Assembly: GCA_051362555.1 (NCBI GenBank)
Contig: CM120646.1
Span: 10,354,001 to 10,418,000, forward strand
DNA length: 64,000 nucleotides
From: Lingula anatina
Taxonomy: Eukaryota > Animalia > Brachiopoda
Direction of reading: 5' to 3'
How positions within the stretch are numbered: the first letter of the stretch is position 1; each line of letters starts with the position of its first letter. Position numbers and translations under genes: made by a program. The notes beneath the pieces are model-generated. The model worked only from the letters and a program-made list of their open reading frames with translations, did no database searches and was not told the DNA's origin. Below, in pieces: positions 26,501 to 41,577 of this stretch.

Positions 26501-29500
26501 ATTACATGGTAGTGGCTAGATTGTCTAGTCTGAAATTTCACCAGATTTATAATAAATTTAAAGCTGAAGTGACCCCCCCCCCCCCCCCACACACACACAC
26601 CAACTCAAATTCTTGAAATCTGAACCTCTGCTCTGAACTGATTCTACAATTCAAGTAGAACAGTTCTTTAATTCTTATACATGTACCAAAGAAGAAAGAA
26701 CTTTAACCAAGAATACCACAGATTTTTCATTCTCAACTCATTTAATTGGGAAAAGGCAATAGTTTTCAACAAAAATTCAACGCAATTGATGAGTAGGTCT
26801 GTCACAGCACTCACATAAGAAAAAAAAACACTACCACTGACTAGATTGGTGGTTCATCTGCTGAGTAACAGGAGGCCTTATATATTGACTCTAATATGGC
26901 TGGTACACTACAAGCTTGCACAAGAGGCTCCACATCACACAGGTCATTATATAGAGGCTCTTCCCTGCTGACCCATGTCTCTAGAATAGACTGTTGTGGT
27001 TGTAAGAGCCCATTATATTTGGGAAAGAATGCGTGTCCCAGTGAAATTACAGGTAAAATGTCTGCAGCTTTTCTCTGGCCAGGTACGGTTACCATAGCAG
27101 TGACTTGTGATTTCAAGTTGACTGGATTTCAAAGGTCAAGTCCAGAAAATGTCATATTTTGCACTGTGTTAGTGTCAGCTTCAGTTTTTTTTTAATCTTT
27201 CTAATTCTATATTGTTTTTCTCCTCAGATTTCCCCTAAATTGTTAATAACCTGTAGTACTAGTGGGAAGCATCTTCTCATTTATGTTTTATAGGTATTTA
27301 TATGTATATTATATATGTGTCACTGCATCAAATTAAACGGGGTATTATTAAAAGAAATTTCCAAAATTTATACCAAAATTTAGTCAATTTAACCAGTTAA
27401 ATCTTGGAACAATCCAGTTTTTTATTCTAAAATAAATTTCAACCACATTTTCATTCTATTTATCAAGTTGGATGTCTACCTAAACTCAGACTTATTTAAT
27501 AAATCTATATGATAATCTCTAGACTCTTAACCTTTTGAATATAATCTTTCTATCTAAAATGATAAAGTTCAATCTTTTTTAAACAACTGATGTGCATGGA
27601 CCTTTTATAAGGTATGATGTATCAGTAAATGTAAAAACTTTATATATTTGTTTTTGCACAATAGTATGACATTTTCTATGACACTCGACACCTCCCAACT
27701 TTTATCGATTACGTAATGACATACCTTGAGCATCATGGTATTGAAGTTACATATGTAGCAAGGGTTATTCCCTGTAAAACACATGAATTTCTACTACCAG
27801 TATCTCACATAACTCAAATAAAGTCCACATGTTAACTTGATCAGCAAATAAATAAATAATAAAATAAATAAATAAAATAAAATAAAAACTGCATCTTCTA
27901 CAAATATCTGGTCATAAACTTGACCTATTTATCTGTCCTTCCAGTTTGTAAAAGTCTGTCAAATGACGTTGGAATGCATGAGGCATTACTGCTGCACATG
28001 CAATGGCATAATTCTTCAAATGAGGTTTGGCAAAAAGGACCTAGTGTTATTTAAGAGCAGAAAAAAGCAGAAAAAACCATTCAAATATAATTTTTCAGGA
28101 AATATGAAATGACACCCTTTGGTGTTTCTTTAAGTTATGCTATTTGAAACTATACTGTGGCATTTGATTAGGTTAAGTGGCAAAAATATGACATATCAAC
28201 TTGCTTCATATGTAACTTAAAGTCGAAGTTTAAGAATGTTGCATTTATATAATATCATCAAAACTGTTTGGTGCTTAACAGTATCTCCCATTTACCCCAG
28301 TTTTGGTAATCATTAAATGGAGCAAAAAAGTTCTTAGAAAGATAACATTGTTTCTTTTATTAGGATATCTTATGTTGTGATAAATCAATAAAATGTCCTT
28401 GACATGGGTACACAGAGGGGCACAGAACCTTCTCCAACAGTGCTTTTTGCTGACCAGTACATAAGCTGACCAAAGCAAAGAAAGCAGTATTTCCCTTATC
28501 TTAAAGTACATCACTTTTAAAAAGATACTCCTGTTTATAAAAAAATTCTCCTTCAGTACATTGTTACCCAATTGACAACACTTTATTTCCACAGAAACAC
28601 CATTCTAAGAATGCCTCAGAGCCAAGATGTGTTAACCCAAGTCACTACAAATGCAAAACTACTCATACCTCTTTATTTGTGAAATATTAACTGATCTCAA
28701 TAAGGTAAATTGCTTAGATGCTAAAGGATTTTTGCCCATCTTCCCATGACAAATCATTTTGAGATAATCTGAAAATAACAGCAGAATTAAGAAAAATGTA
28801 TTTTTGTTGGAAAAGAGATGAAGCCGCAAGTCTGAACCTAACAGAATCTGCGGTAATAATGACCTCAGTTGCAAAATGTTAGAAGATTAACAAGAAGATT
28901 ATATCTCCGACCTATCAAATGGGCTGCAACGCAGGTAAAAACATGGTACCTTAGTTCCATCACTTACGTCAAAAAATGGACATGAAACGCAACAGACATG
29001 CAGAAGCACAAAGAGAGGTTGGTTTTCAGTGGTAACAGGCCCATTCAGAATGACTTAGGCTGCACCAGCTACTCTGCCCAAACTCTGTGGGGATGCTCCC
29101 CAAATGCAATCAGATTAACATACCTCTTTTGTCTCTGGTGTACTCACATAATCACCAGCTTCTCTATACTAAGTATTCTACTCAATGCCAAGGGGAGGTT
29201 TGTCAGTCAGTTAATTTGTAGAGTTCGTGTGCATTAGCTGTTGCAACCTATCTCACTCTGAAATGGCCCCTAAGACTCACAACGACAATATCTGCTAAGA
29301 AGTACAAAGCCACAAACTGACTGGAAATTCACCTTCCACTTCATGATCCATTTTTTTTTTTAACTTCTTGTTAAATAAAATAAACAGTTTTATGCTCTTC
29401 GGCTGAGAGGCTGTTTTCAGAATCTTATGGGACCGTCCAACGGTAAGGCAGCCATTGTTTTGCTCGGAAATATAAAATTCACCATGAGTCTCACGTACCT

Positions 29501-30906
29501 ACCTGAAACACACACATGCTCTTGCATGCTGCACATTCAAATACCAAACAACGCACAAAATCTCCCACTTACCACTCCCTATGAAGCCAATGCGTCTGCA
29601 ACCATTTGTTGCCTTGAAGTTGTGGTTAGCTTAACCTTCCCGTATTCAGTAGTTTCTTTTTGCTTTCCAGGAAAACCTAATCCCAGGAATATATTCTTTT
29701 AAATGATAAGTGTACTACCTAGAAAAGCAGTCTACTGCAGTATCAACTCCTGTGAAATGGGGGGGGGGGGGGGAGAGACTATCACTTGGAATTAACAGTA
29801 AGTGACGATTCTGAGAAACTATCGCTTTCATACAAACCTAGAAAAACAATATTACACTATGTCTTTTTTTTAATGCCCTCATTACTTGGAATAAAAGCAA
29901 TTTGTGTCACTTCAATAACAGTTTCTATATCATTAAACCAATCAATATTATTTAATGTCAACTTTCTTTCTGGTTTCTGGGAAAATCCTTTCCTAGTAAT
30001 ATTGGTGACAAGAAGAAAACTACACTTCCTTTAACACCCTCCATGTGCAGGCTTTTGAACCCTTTTTAATCTCTTAAATTGAAAAAAGAACCTCCTTAAG
30101 GAAGGAAAAGTCATAGTCTGTATGGTAATTTATGAATGAGTTATTTTTTTTTCAGTGACAGATGAGATATTATTTTTAGTATACAGAACCTGATTAGTCA
30201 GTCAATGTGTTGTGTGCAAGTGCATGTACACACAAGTATAAATGCCCATATGCATGTTTGTTTACTATAGGTATTGGGAATAACAGATCACATCTTCAGA
30301 AGGCAAGGGTATTTATTTATGGCAATGGTCAAACTAAATTACCCTCAACTGAATAGCCATTTTTATTTTTTTCAGATACCATGACCTCAAGGTCGACTGA
30401 AATTTGGTACAACTAGTCAATAAGCAAACTATGGAAAACAATGAGAAAATATAAAAGATAAATAAAATAAATAAATAAAGTTACTTTCATAATTTTCAAC
30501 TCAGAACATCTTTCAACTCAGTCTACGTTATAAAATAAGTTGAATTTAGAACATTTTAATAAGAGCAATCAAGAGAAGTTGCCCGAGCTTGATGATGCAA
30601 GCACTGAGCCTCTGAATCTTGGAAATAAACTCGTCACCTTGAATAGGGGAATGTGAAATTACTTTCATGCAGTCATATCAACCAATTTTTGGAATCGACC
30701 TTAGATCCCTTCTGTTTCAGAAATTTGGATGCAGTGTGATGATCAAACCATTCTCAGCTAGTGAACCAAAGAAAAGTTAGCCTTCCATTCAACTCCTTTG
30801 AGAGTAAATGCTATTAGGCTATCTATAACTGCCATTCCGCAACTGGTGCAACTAGGGTTTTAGCTGCCCTGTGGCTTTTTTTTTTTTTTTTTCTTTTTTT
30901 TTTTTT

Positions 30907-31054
30907 GGGGGGGGGGGGGGGGGTTAAACCAACTGTCCTTTTCACCAGGAAAAGGTCCAATCTTGATGCAGATGCTTGAAGGTTTTATGGTAAAAGGTGC
31001 AGTATTTCAGAAAAAAGAACCCTCACCACTATTAAACTGCTGACTATGGGCCTG
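30907..31054 (-). mobile_element. short MITE-like element, same family as 44737-44899
   Basis: Reverse complement starts CAGGCCCATAG, contains GGACCTTTT and ends in a poly-C run, as does 44737-44899. Confidence 0.55.
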
Positions 31055-34000
31055 GTTTTAGGGTCTTATGCCACCTACATTTTTGATCAACAGACTTTAT
31101 ATCCTCAAAGAGAATTTAATAAATTATTGCCTGATAGATCCACAACATACAAATTCCCTTTAGTGCAAATGACATCAAAAATACTCCATACAAATTTATA
31201 GATGGCCAAAAAGTAAACTGTACTCAATTGATAGACTTGGTAAAATACTAATAGCTTAGTTTCTAAAAGTCACTTTAAACAAGTTATCTCTGTCGCATTC
31301 ACAAGTTTAACATGTGAAGACCTGTCTAACCCTACAACTAGAGTGTTAGCAATACCCAGCAAGGGCCCTCTTCTGCATATCTCTGATCCAGAAACTGGAC
31401 TGTTATGAACGTTCAGTCTACGTTTCCTCTTTGGGATCACAGGATGCTTAAAAGGTAAAGACATTTTCACGCAAATGGTAACAAACATGCTCTTCTTTAT
31501 GGTTTCGAGGCTCACACCAGCACTGAGAAATACCAAAATCATAAAGTAGTTGCCTACGGCTAAAAGAACAAAAACAATATCTGATTTTTTCACACAAAAT
31601 TGTCGTGTTTCTAATATTTAATTTGGTAAAATAGAAACGTCCACACCCCTTCCCTCCTCCCAGACAATTAAAAAAAAAAAAAAAAAAAAAAAAACTACTG
31701 TAACCCCAGAGCAGAAAAATCCATTTTTAATATATAGTGCCATGCTTTTGTCACCTTATCTTATTTGTCATATCATCCTATATGAATACATTCTAAGGGA
31801 TATCTTTTTAATGGGTATTAACAATATAATGAAGAAAATAAAAAATACTAAAAATCAAATAAAAGAGAAAAATATCTGATGACAACTCAATCAGTAGGGC
31901 ATAAGTTAACTCCTTTCTAACCTTGTAAGATACTGAAGTGAGCAGGCTGCCTGTTTTAGCAAAGCCCTCTTTATATTAATCCTTCCTATTCTCTGTAGAT
32001 TTTATCTCTCCATACCCACACATCAATTTTTTAATGTTTCAATTTTGTTTTTCTGGTAGACTCAAGGAGTTGTAGCAAAAGATACTTTAAACATAGCAGA
32101 CTAGAAAGAATATGCAATGAGAGCTATATACTTTATTTTGTTCTTTTCCATAATAATATTTTGTTGTTTCCAAAATGAAGATAAAATTCATTCTGTTCTT
32201 TCTCTCTAGAGTAACATGAGGTGCTTCACCTGTGGAGGTAAAAAAACCTATATGTCACATGACACAGTGCATTAGTACTATTAGGAATAAAAGTGTATAT
32301 GAAGCCTTCTTTAGTTTTTGCATTGTTTAAGGATAATTTGCACATATGAGATTTGTAAGAAATGAAAAATTATAATATAAAAAATATCCTGCTTTCTTGT
32401 CTGTATCAATTACACTTTTATTCTGATATAATTCTTCATTCCAGTTGGTTGAAATAGTCAACTGACCTATTCCACTGTTTTATATCACCTCTTTTTTTCC
32501 TACTAAACTACAATCATAATAGCAAGGCTATTTTTAACATTTTTGCAAATTGCTGTAACAGTTAGCTACATTTAAGAAAAATGATAACCAAAAATTGCTA
32601 ATTTTATACTGCTTTCAGTCATTTATTCCACATGACTTACTTTTCGGCATTTGGACTTCAAATATTTTACTAGCTAAGAACAGCAAAATACATCACTTTG
32701 CTTTCATATGAAAAAAAAAAACATTCTTATTGTTTGTCAACCTATTCCTACTTAAATAAAAATTTGTTTATTTGCCAAAAACAATGGCCTTACCCATTTT
32801 TTCTCAAGTTAATTTTTTTATCAATGACAAATGGTAGTTTTCTTTTCCGCTTTTTATCCTTTCTTACAAGGGGCCCTGATGTTTTGTATCATAAATACAG
32901 AAAAAAACCTAGACTGCAATACTCGGGGCCCTTCAAAATGGATAACTAGCCAAGTTCTCAGTGACTATAATTCAGTGAACTGTCAGTCTTAGTTCTTCAG
33001 GCTGAGAGTCCCTTTTCAGGTCCTTGCACACTTTTAAAGACAGCCCTGGTCAAGTATTTCAAAAGACACCTGTAGCTCCTTTCAATCTTCCCTCAGTGAA
33101 TTGATCAACTACAAACCCCACAGACAGAAGTGGAATGCAATTCAGAGCCCAAGGTGTGCATTAAGTGTCCCCCATTAATTGGGAATTCCTTGAACTCCAT
33201 TCACACAATACCCATACCCTGAGTCTAAGAAAGACCCACTATACCAGCCAGAGACGTAACCTGAGACTTTATTATACTGCTGTTATTATTCCTTTGAAAT
33301 TGCAGCATAGCCCTGTACCTCCGCATACAATTGAGCCCACAAGAGAACAATGGGAACGGGGCCCAGGTAAAAATCAATATGACCAACTAGGAGGGAGATG
33401 AATAGGTCTTCCAAGCGACAAGTGAGGCAGCAAAGGAATTGAGCTACCTTGAAAGACCATGCCTACAACCTGATAGCTAGATAAATATGGAGAAAGGGTT
33501 GTATGAGTCACCGGATTTCGCTACATATACCTCGTCTTATGTTGTCAGTGTCTCTCACCAGATTTTTTTTTCTTTCGCATGTGTCATAGAGGAGTGGTTT
33601 CTTATTCATTTAAAGCTTAACAAATTCTACTTTCACTTTATCTTTTAATCCAAAACCCTGGAATTTTGCAATATTTCACAAGCACAATTGCTAACTTAAC
33701 TTAATTTATGTTATCTCAAAGTCTTCAGACATTTATCTATATATATATATTTAAACATGCATGATCAATATCAACCCATCAGAAAAGATTACATGGGTAT
33801 GGATGCAACTATTTCTCAAAATGATATTTACAGGCAAACAATTCTAGCACATAGTAAAATAAAACTGTAAAACCAACATAAATTACATTATACCAACAAC
33901 TCCATCCGTAAAATAAAAGTGGAAAAATTGGTGGATTCCAATCTTTCAAACTATTCAAGAGTAACTTGCCAGATGCAAAATTTGACCAATTTTCCACTTC

Positions 34001-34823
34001 ATGATTTTAGGGAGTTTCCCGAAAATGCCACATTACTAACATCCATAAATGGTAATATCAGTCAAACATACTTTAATAGAAACCCAACTTAGAAAAAACA
34101 CATAGGTTTGAAGTATATTATTCTTATATAAAGAAATTAATAAAGAAAAATTAAGTCAAATATATTTCTCATGCAAAAAATATTATAATATTCCACTAAT
34201 GATTGTGAGAAAAAAGTTTTGTTTTAAAAGATATCTAGATGGTCCCACCTCATCATGTAGAAACAGAATTAACTTCATACATGGCATGTCTTTATTCATC
34301 ATCATCATTGAAAAAATTTAATAACTCAAAATCTCACAGCAATTAAAACTCCTCTTCAACTCAGGTATAAACTTCTCACACACAACTGATGGCTAAAAAC
34401 CAGTTAAACAACTTCTTAGTAAAATGCCTCTCATTGTCACACACCCAGACAGTTCCTTGATCTGATCACAGACATAACAAAAGTCACTGTCTCGCTTTTA
34501 GTCAGAAAAAAATCAATACTAAGAACCATGGTATAATTGCACAAAAGGCATTAAGAAACATAATGAAATTCTTAAATGAAAAAATGAAAGTAAAGTGGAT
34601 TTCAACCAACTTTAAAGCATGAATCACACTTCCTCAACACCATTTGGTGGTATGAATTTATTTCATGTAAATGTCTCTACAACCAATAATACTAATAAAT
34701 GTAAAAGAAATTGATTCCAATGAACTTTTTATTATATAAATAAATTTATCCATGCGACGATGAATCATGCCACAGTAGTAATCTATGTTATCTGTGTTTG
34801 ACTTTCAAATAGAAAAAGTACAA

Positions 34824-34854
<31 letters not shown>

Positions 34855-35959
34855 AAGGAAAAGCAGAATAAAATCAATAGCTGATTTTTATCAAACTTGA
34901 CTTAATAATTTGAACACATTTAGGAAAATGTCCAGTCCTATAATTACATATGGGTTAGCTTACACCACAGAGGTGTCTCTGCTTTCAACGTGTGCTTCTG
35001 TATATAAAAGACACCAGAGTATAGAAACCACCTGTGTCCAACCAAGCGCTACATACCTATGGTCACTGCTGCGGAGGCTGGACATAGGTCAGGCAACATA
35101 TGAATCTACATTAAGACTACCTGTGCAAACAAATAACTCTGTGCAAATAAAATCAATATTACATGATTCTGAAAGTAAACTTTCACTTTCATGCCATGCA
35201 ATTGTCTTTTGATTATGTTGGCAGAGGATATACTGTAACTAAATTGTCTTACAAATAGAACTTTATTTTTTATTGAAAAAAAATGAAGGCCCAAAATGAA
35301 CACCTGTGTGCAAATGTATGCAAAATATGCCAGCAGCCAAAGAAATGTATGTCATGTACTTAAAATAAATGTATCTGATGTTAAAATACTAAATAAACAT
35401 TATGAGAGCTGATAGGTCACCCAGGTGAGATATAAGTTTGCTAACTACCTTGTCTACAACGCATAAACTATGCATCTCCAACTCTTGACACGTCTGGAAC
35501 TCTTCACGTGCTTAAAAAAAATCCAGTTTTAACTTTTCTGCTCAGCTTACCTAAATTCCAAGAAATAACCATCAATGCACATTTCACGATTGTCGGCAGA
35601 CTCTGCACCCGCCCGTCACTTCCCCGAACTACGATCCCACACCGGTGAAATGAACACGCCGTTTGACCTACTTCCAGGAGGATAGGTTCCAAAGGTCAGC
35701 TTAATGTCCTGTTAATCTAGGCGCCCATCCCTCGAAAAGGGCCACCTGTTGATAGTCTACTTCTCCTATCTTACTGTCCATACATCTCGTGATAATCCAA
35801 AACAAAAATTAGGGCTGAAAACAACTAAAAAGTAACTTTGACGTAACTCCAAAAGTTGTCGAGAACTCCGTGAAAAGTTTTCCGGAACTTTTCAAAGTGT
35901 CCCACTTCCCTCGGAATATTGAAGCGGAAACGTAATTTTTATGCGACAGTCCTACTCAC

Positions 35960-36474
35960 CTTTGTTATCCCCACTCTCGAATATTATTTTCTATCTTGTT
36001 TATGTTTTAATCACAGCCCAAGACTCGAGGAAACTGGTCCCTGTTAACGAAAGTATGCCATTCCGTCCCCTCCGGATGTCGTCTATTTGCAACACATTTT
36101 CATATGAATAGATTTTCTGTCCTCCCAGTATTGAACGCATCCGAGGAATGACAATAGAGGGCGCTATAAATTCCGTTGAAATATCTCAGAAATTCTAGGT
36201 ATTCAATAGAAATCGACTTGTTATATTAAATTCCAGAATATCTCTTAGACAGGGGAGTATGAAAGCGCTTGCTGAACATCAAGAATATGAGTCATTTAGA
36301 ATTTTATTCAAGTACCTGGAAATTAAGTGGCTCCTCTTGGATAAGTGACGTCTATCTTGCAGAGCAAGGTCACCAGGTGAGAGATGAATTCCCGGGAAAT
36401 TCTGATCATTCATCTGAAGACGCATATTCGTCAGGTATAGGTTCCCCTGGCAAACAGAGAGATATTCGAGCAAA
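35960..36474. promoter_or_regulatory. putative bidirectional promoter with divergent non-coding first exons (ZF gene on -, arylsulfatase on +)
   Basis: Local CpG enrichment over ~35.5-36.6 kb. Consensus minus-strand donor AAG|GTGAGT at 35960/35959 and plus-strand donor AAA|GTATGT at 36474/36475. Central AATAGAGGGCGCT CTCF-like motif near 36153-36165. Both ATG-containing exons are preceded by acceptors (22000-22001 on -, ~41557-41558 on +), so upstream exons are expected. Confidence 0.55.
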
Positions 36475-36938
36475 GTATGTTACCCAAAAATTGACAGAAT
36501 ACATAATATTGCATATTTTGGGAAAATTTTGTGGAGCAAATCTCACTCTTGCGGCTTTTCTGTGTATTAGGGTCGTTCACGACAGGTGTGTTATCATCCA
36601 TTTGTACACGTCGCCAATGTGAAATATGCCATAATTAAATATTTATGACGATAAGGGTCCAGGTAGTGACTGAATGAGAGCCTTTACACAGCTGACTGTT
36701 AGATGATTTAGATAATTGTTATACTGTAAGTAGAGATTGTTTACGAGTGACAGCTAATGAACCAGGTGGAAGCTAGGATTTTAGGGGGGGGGGAGGTAGG
36801 GGGTATGTTCAACCTTTTGTTTTATTTATGCATTGTATTTCATTTGTTTATTATTATTTTTAATATTCTTTTTTTTTTTTTTTTTTTTTTTTTTGATAAC
36901 TGTTTTTTGTCTGCTGTATAAGAAAGGCAAATATGTAG

Positions 36939-37690
36939 GAGGATTTAGGAGTTATAAATGATAATAATTTAAGCTTTGAAAAATATATTAGTGAAAAATG
37001 CAGGAAGGCCAACTCTATGTTCGCAATTATCAGAAGAATATTTCAACATTTGAACTCTAAGACATTCCTTCCTCTCTACAAATCACTTGTACGTACTCAC
37101 CTGGATTATGCAAGCTCAGCATGGGCACCACACAAGAGCAAATTCATTGATCAAATCGAGGGAGTGCAGCGTAGGGCTACAAAACAGCTACCGGGTATGA
37201 ATAACCTTAGTTACCCAGAAAGATTACGTAAACTTGGGCTACCAACACTTAGCTATAGGAGGGTGAGAGGGGACATGATTGAGATGTACAGTACAAACTA
37301 GTCACTGGGATATACGACAAATCAACTAGAGACTTTATTAAATTATGGTCCAGTCATTCACATAGGTCTGGTAATAGAGGAAATTGTTTCAAGCTATTCC
37401 CTCAAAGAGCCAAATTAGACTTGAGAAAATACAGCTTCACTGTGCGTACAACACAAATATGGAATAGCCTACCCTATCAAGTTGTCAGGGCAAAAAGCCT
37501 TGGCTCTTTTAAGAACAGATTAGACAAGTAGTGGGATGACCAGGAACTCAAATATGACAATTATAGGTCCAAAATTAACATCATCGGAAGTCACAAGTTA
37601 GTTTTGGAGGAAGAGTCCGATAAGGATCCAGTAGGAATCTGAATCAGAAATCAACGCTAATCTAATCTAATCTAATCTAATCTAATCTAA
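36939..37690 (+). mobile_element. 5'-truncated CR1-clade LINE (RT C-terminal region) with (CTAAT)n tail
   Basis: DLGVI..LSFEKYI..KAN..LYKSLVRTHLDYASSAWAPH..IEGVQRRATK..LSYPERLRKLGLPTLSYRRVRGDMIEMY is classic CR1/L2 ORF2. Frameshift near 37290 and a stop near 37530; ends in about 6-7 CTAAT repeats. Confidence 0.92.
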
Positions 37691-39373
37691 TGTAATGAGA
37701 AAGGATATATGATTTTATTTTATTCATATAATGATTAATGGAGAGGCAAGTCAGTTGCCTCACCCTTATGTTTTATTTGCTAGGTGCTCACTGCAGGTCA
37801 TAAACTTCAAATAGTCCTATGTTAAAGCATTACAAGCCAGAAGCCAGGGTTTTCCCAATAAAATCTCAAATTTAATGGATTTTCCACAGGGTAAACAACA
37901 TTACCCCTCCCCCCAACTTTCCAACCTTGCATCTTCTTTTTCTGATACTCACCATAACTCTTTAACAATTTTGAAAAAAGGTAAATGATTTAAATTCCTG
38001 CTTAAATCGTGCTTTAAACTTCTGAAGATTGCAAGAGTCTCAGGTCAGATCTGACACAAGAGCCTGCATCATTTTCAAACTGTGTTAAGATAGCTGACCA
38101 CTAAGGTTGAACAGGAGGCGGTGAATATGATTATTTTTTCCATATTGATTAAGGCCATTTTTATGTCAATATATGTTTTAAAAGCTTCATGCTCTTAGGA
38201 TGCATTAAAAAAACTGGCTTTAGTCACTTTAAGAGCTTTAAATGCTATCAATTATACCCACATCAAGGGAAAACATAGCACCTTGAGTGGAGGGAGGAAT
38301 CATGTGCCAGTTTGATTCTTTATTTCTCTTTTACTTCCTGCCATCCTGCAAAACTATCACCTCAGCATCCCATTTGTAAAACAGCATCTAAATCAGACAG
38401 TGTCACTAAGGTATTGTCTGCATAATTCTGAAATAATGACCTTTGTCTGAGAAATATTTGCCCCAATGTAGACAAGGTGCAGTTTCAATTACATTATATT
38501 TCTCCAACAAAGGCTGTACTTGCAGAACTGAAAATTTGCCTTTGTAAAATTTGCAATTTTCTGGGGTATATTTACAGTATAACACTGATGAGACTTTTCC
38601 GACTTTTTCAGGGTCATTTGGGTCATTCTTGTGAATCATGTTCCCTGGACCCCTGGCCAGTTTTCCTGCTTTTTCAGTGAGGACTAGTCTTATCCCTAGA
38701 TTACTACCTGGATGAATTTTATATCACTGGTGCATCATGTTTGTCACGATAACCTGTGCACAAGTTGCCAAACAAGATAGACGAGAAATCTGAATTTTCA
38801 GGATTAAAAAAGTTAATGAAGTCTACAGCAGATCACTAGTAAATTAATGGTGCAGGGATGAAAGAAAATTAGCTGGCTTCATTTTGACATCTTGACAGCA
38901 GGCATATAACAAAGTGATACATGCCTGGCATTTAATAACATTTGCACATTTAACATTCTACTTATACATTTTTTTTTTTGGGGGGGGGGGAGGGGAGTCT
39001 CCTTGGATCTGTCATTTTAGAGATACAAAAATATGTTGATGCTCTCTCAGTCTGATTTGCAATAACATGTAGGTGCAGTGACATAATTCAATAAAAAGGA
39101 AAAAGGGGCTTTAATGAAGACAAATACAACAGGGGATTGGTGTTGATGTTAGGAATTGGGATTTCCCAGTTTACATTTGAAATTTTTTTCTCTTTTATGT
39201 GAAAATGAGAGTTGAAAAGGTTGCTGGAATATATATATGTATATGAACAGATAGAAGATAGGAAGGTGTACTTATTTAAGCATTCTCTGTTCCCATCCCT
39301 GCTATATAGGGTCATGTTCATAGTTTTTGCATGTATTTAAAAAAAGGACTTCATAGTTATTCTTGGATTTTGT

Positions 39374-39614
39374 TTTTATTTCTGAGTAAACATGTGTTTG
39401 TAGCCTTGTAGAAAATTCACTTAGTTCCTGTATCCATTGGTTTTATCTTACAATACCAGTTTAGTATAAAAATCATGTGATATACACAAATTATTTTATT
39501 TCTGAGTAAACATGTGTTTGTATAGCCTTGTAGAAAATTCGCTTTGTTCCTATATATATTGGTTTTATCTTACAATACCAGTTTAGTATAAAAATCATGT
39601 GATATACACAAATT
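39374..39614. repeat. recent ~120-bp tandem duplication
   Basis: TTTTATTTCTGAGTAAACATGTG...GATATACACAAATTA is present twice head-to-tail with only a few differences. Confidence 0.9.
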
Positions 39615-41577
39615 ACATGTATTTCAGCTTTGTTCTGAAGATGTTATCTCATCAATATCACTTGACCTACTTTGGGCTATTTACCTGGCTCTCTTTATGA
39701 CCCTTTTATCTTTGCAAGGTGATAGCTGTTAAAGCATGTGACCTAATAATGTAAGTCTAAGCTATGACAAGCATGTACACCTCTCTCCCTCCCTCCACTC
39801 GCCTGCTCACACACATGCCCTTACCTTTGGTCACTAAACCTACTATCAGTATGAATTAGGAATGTGGAAATAAACTTTTAGTAAAGTATATACTGAAGGT
39901 GACTGCATTGGAAGTAGCAATCTGGGCTTATAAATTTCTTTCTTTCTTTCTTTATTTATTTGTCACTTTGAGGAGTTAATGAAAAATAAAGAGGTTTGTT
40001 TATGGGAGGGGGTCTTTTTTTACCTGGTTTTACTCAACATGTTACTGTTTTAAAACTTACTGATGTTTGTACACTGTAATATGTATTTTTTCAGCTTTGA
40101 AAATTTAATTCAGTGACTGTGATAGTGAGCCAACTCACCAATTTTTTCATTTTCATAGCATCATATATTTCTTTTTCTTCCATACTACATTTCCCTGCCC
40201 AACTTGACTGCTCACAACTAGTTTCTAAGCTTTGCCCTGGGTGTTTGATTAATATGATTTGTATAGTGAATTTTTATTAGAAGCATTTTGATAATAAAAA
40301 TGCTATCTAATGGAGACTTAGAATGTGTCTTAGCAGCCTTTTTTTTAATTGAATGCTTTTTGTAATATCCTTTCATTAAACAAAATGTGGTCAATCATTT
40401 CCACAATTCATCATGAGAAATATGGATAAGGATGTATACTTGAGTTGAAGCTGGTTTATAAATATCTATACTTTATACTTGAGACATTTAAATATTACAT
40501 TTAAATATTTTTATTCATTCCATTCCTATATTGTTTACAGTCAAATGCAGTAAAGGATGTACTGTATGACATTTTAATAAAAAAATGGTGGCTGGAAATT
40601 CTGGCCTTTTTAACCAGGTGTAAAGAAAGTGTGCTTATTATAAATATCAAGAATAATTTGAAATTCTCTCTCTCTCTCCCTCTCATCCTCTCTCTTTTTT
40701 CCCCTTATTTTATTTACATGTATATACATTTTTTCTGTCACAGTCAGGGGATTATATATTCTACATGTACAACCCAGTATATTGTGTGCACCTTTGAAAC
40801 TGTATATCAGTAAAACCAATGTGTTTTTGTGTTAAAACTCCTTGGTAAAACTGACTCCAATATAGAATTGTAAAGATTTTTGAAACTTGGAAAGTGGAAA
40901 AGGCAATGTCGTTTTATGTGTCTTTGAAAAATTTGAATAACATCTAAAGTTATGTGAGATTATTAATAGTCATTAAGAGAGATTTGCAAATTTATAATAT
41001 TAAAATAGGAAAATACAAACTTTATTCAAGGTGACATATTACTAACCTTGAAGAGTTGCTGCATGCAGTGATGTTTTACCATTTATGAAAATAAATGTAT
41101 GCCTTTGTTGCTGTGATGTTTGTCTTTGTCATAATCTTACTTGTGCTGTGAGATATATAAAATCTAATGAGGTTTACAGATTTCTATGCTTTCTCGTGTG
41201 CACTAACTAAAAAATTGTCCTCACAAGTTGCAAGTAATGTATATGAGTCAAGTTCTCCTGGATACTCTCCTAGGGTTGTGTTACTTCTATATGACATATG
41301 ACAGTACAGCTATTCTGAGCCTTGAAGTCCTTAAAAAATTTTCTTAAATCAGAAGACTTAGAACTATAATGCTCCATAAAGAGCGACAAAGTGCATAAGC
41401 AGGGAAGAGGTGAGTCACCTCTATATAAGAGGAAAAAGATAAGAAGTAGGTGTTTTAAATCACTTACAAGTTGAGGCTTGGTGAATGTAAACAAACTCTA
41501 CGTGACGTGATGTTGATTTTTATGTGATCAGCTAATGTGGTTGCATCTTCTTTCTAGGGAGTTTCCACTGAAGAGCC

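Noticed and set aside
28960-29470. Possible alternative first exon of the ZF gene (minus-strand GTAAGT donor and YY1-like AAAACAATGGCTGCC)
   Set aside because: Short motifs only, expected by chance in a 14-kb intron.
22002-35959. Many 60-119-aa ORFs in the long ZF intron
   Set aside because: AT-rich, no recognisable domains and no consistent splice structure.
41498-41515. TACGTGACGTGA as a TFEB/CLEAR element for the lysosomal sulfatase
   Set aside because: Lacks the CACGTG core and probably lies in an intron, not at the promoter.
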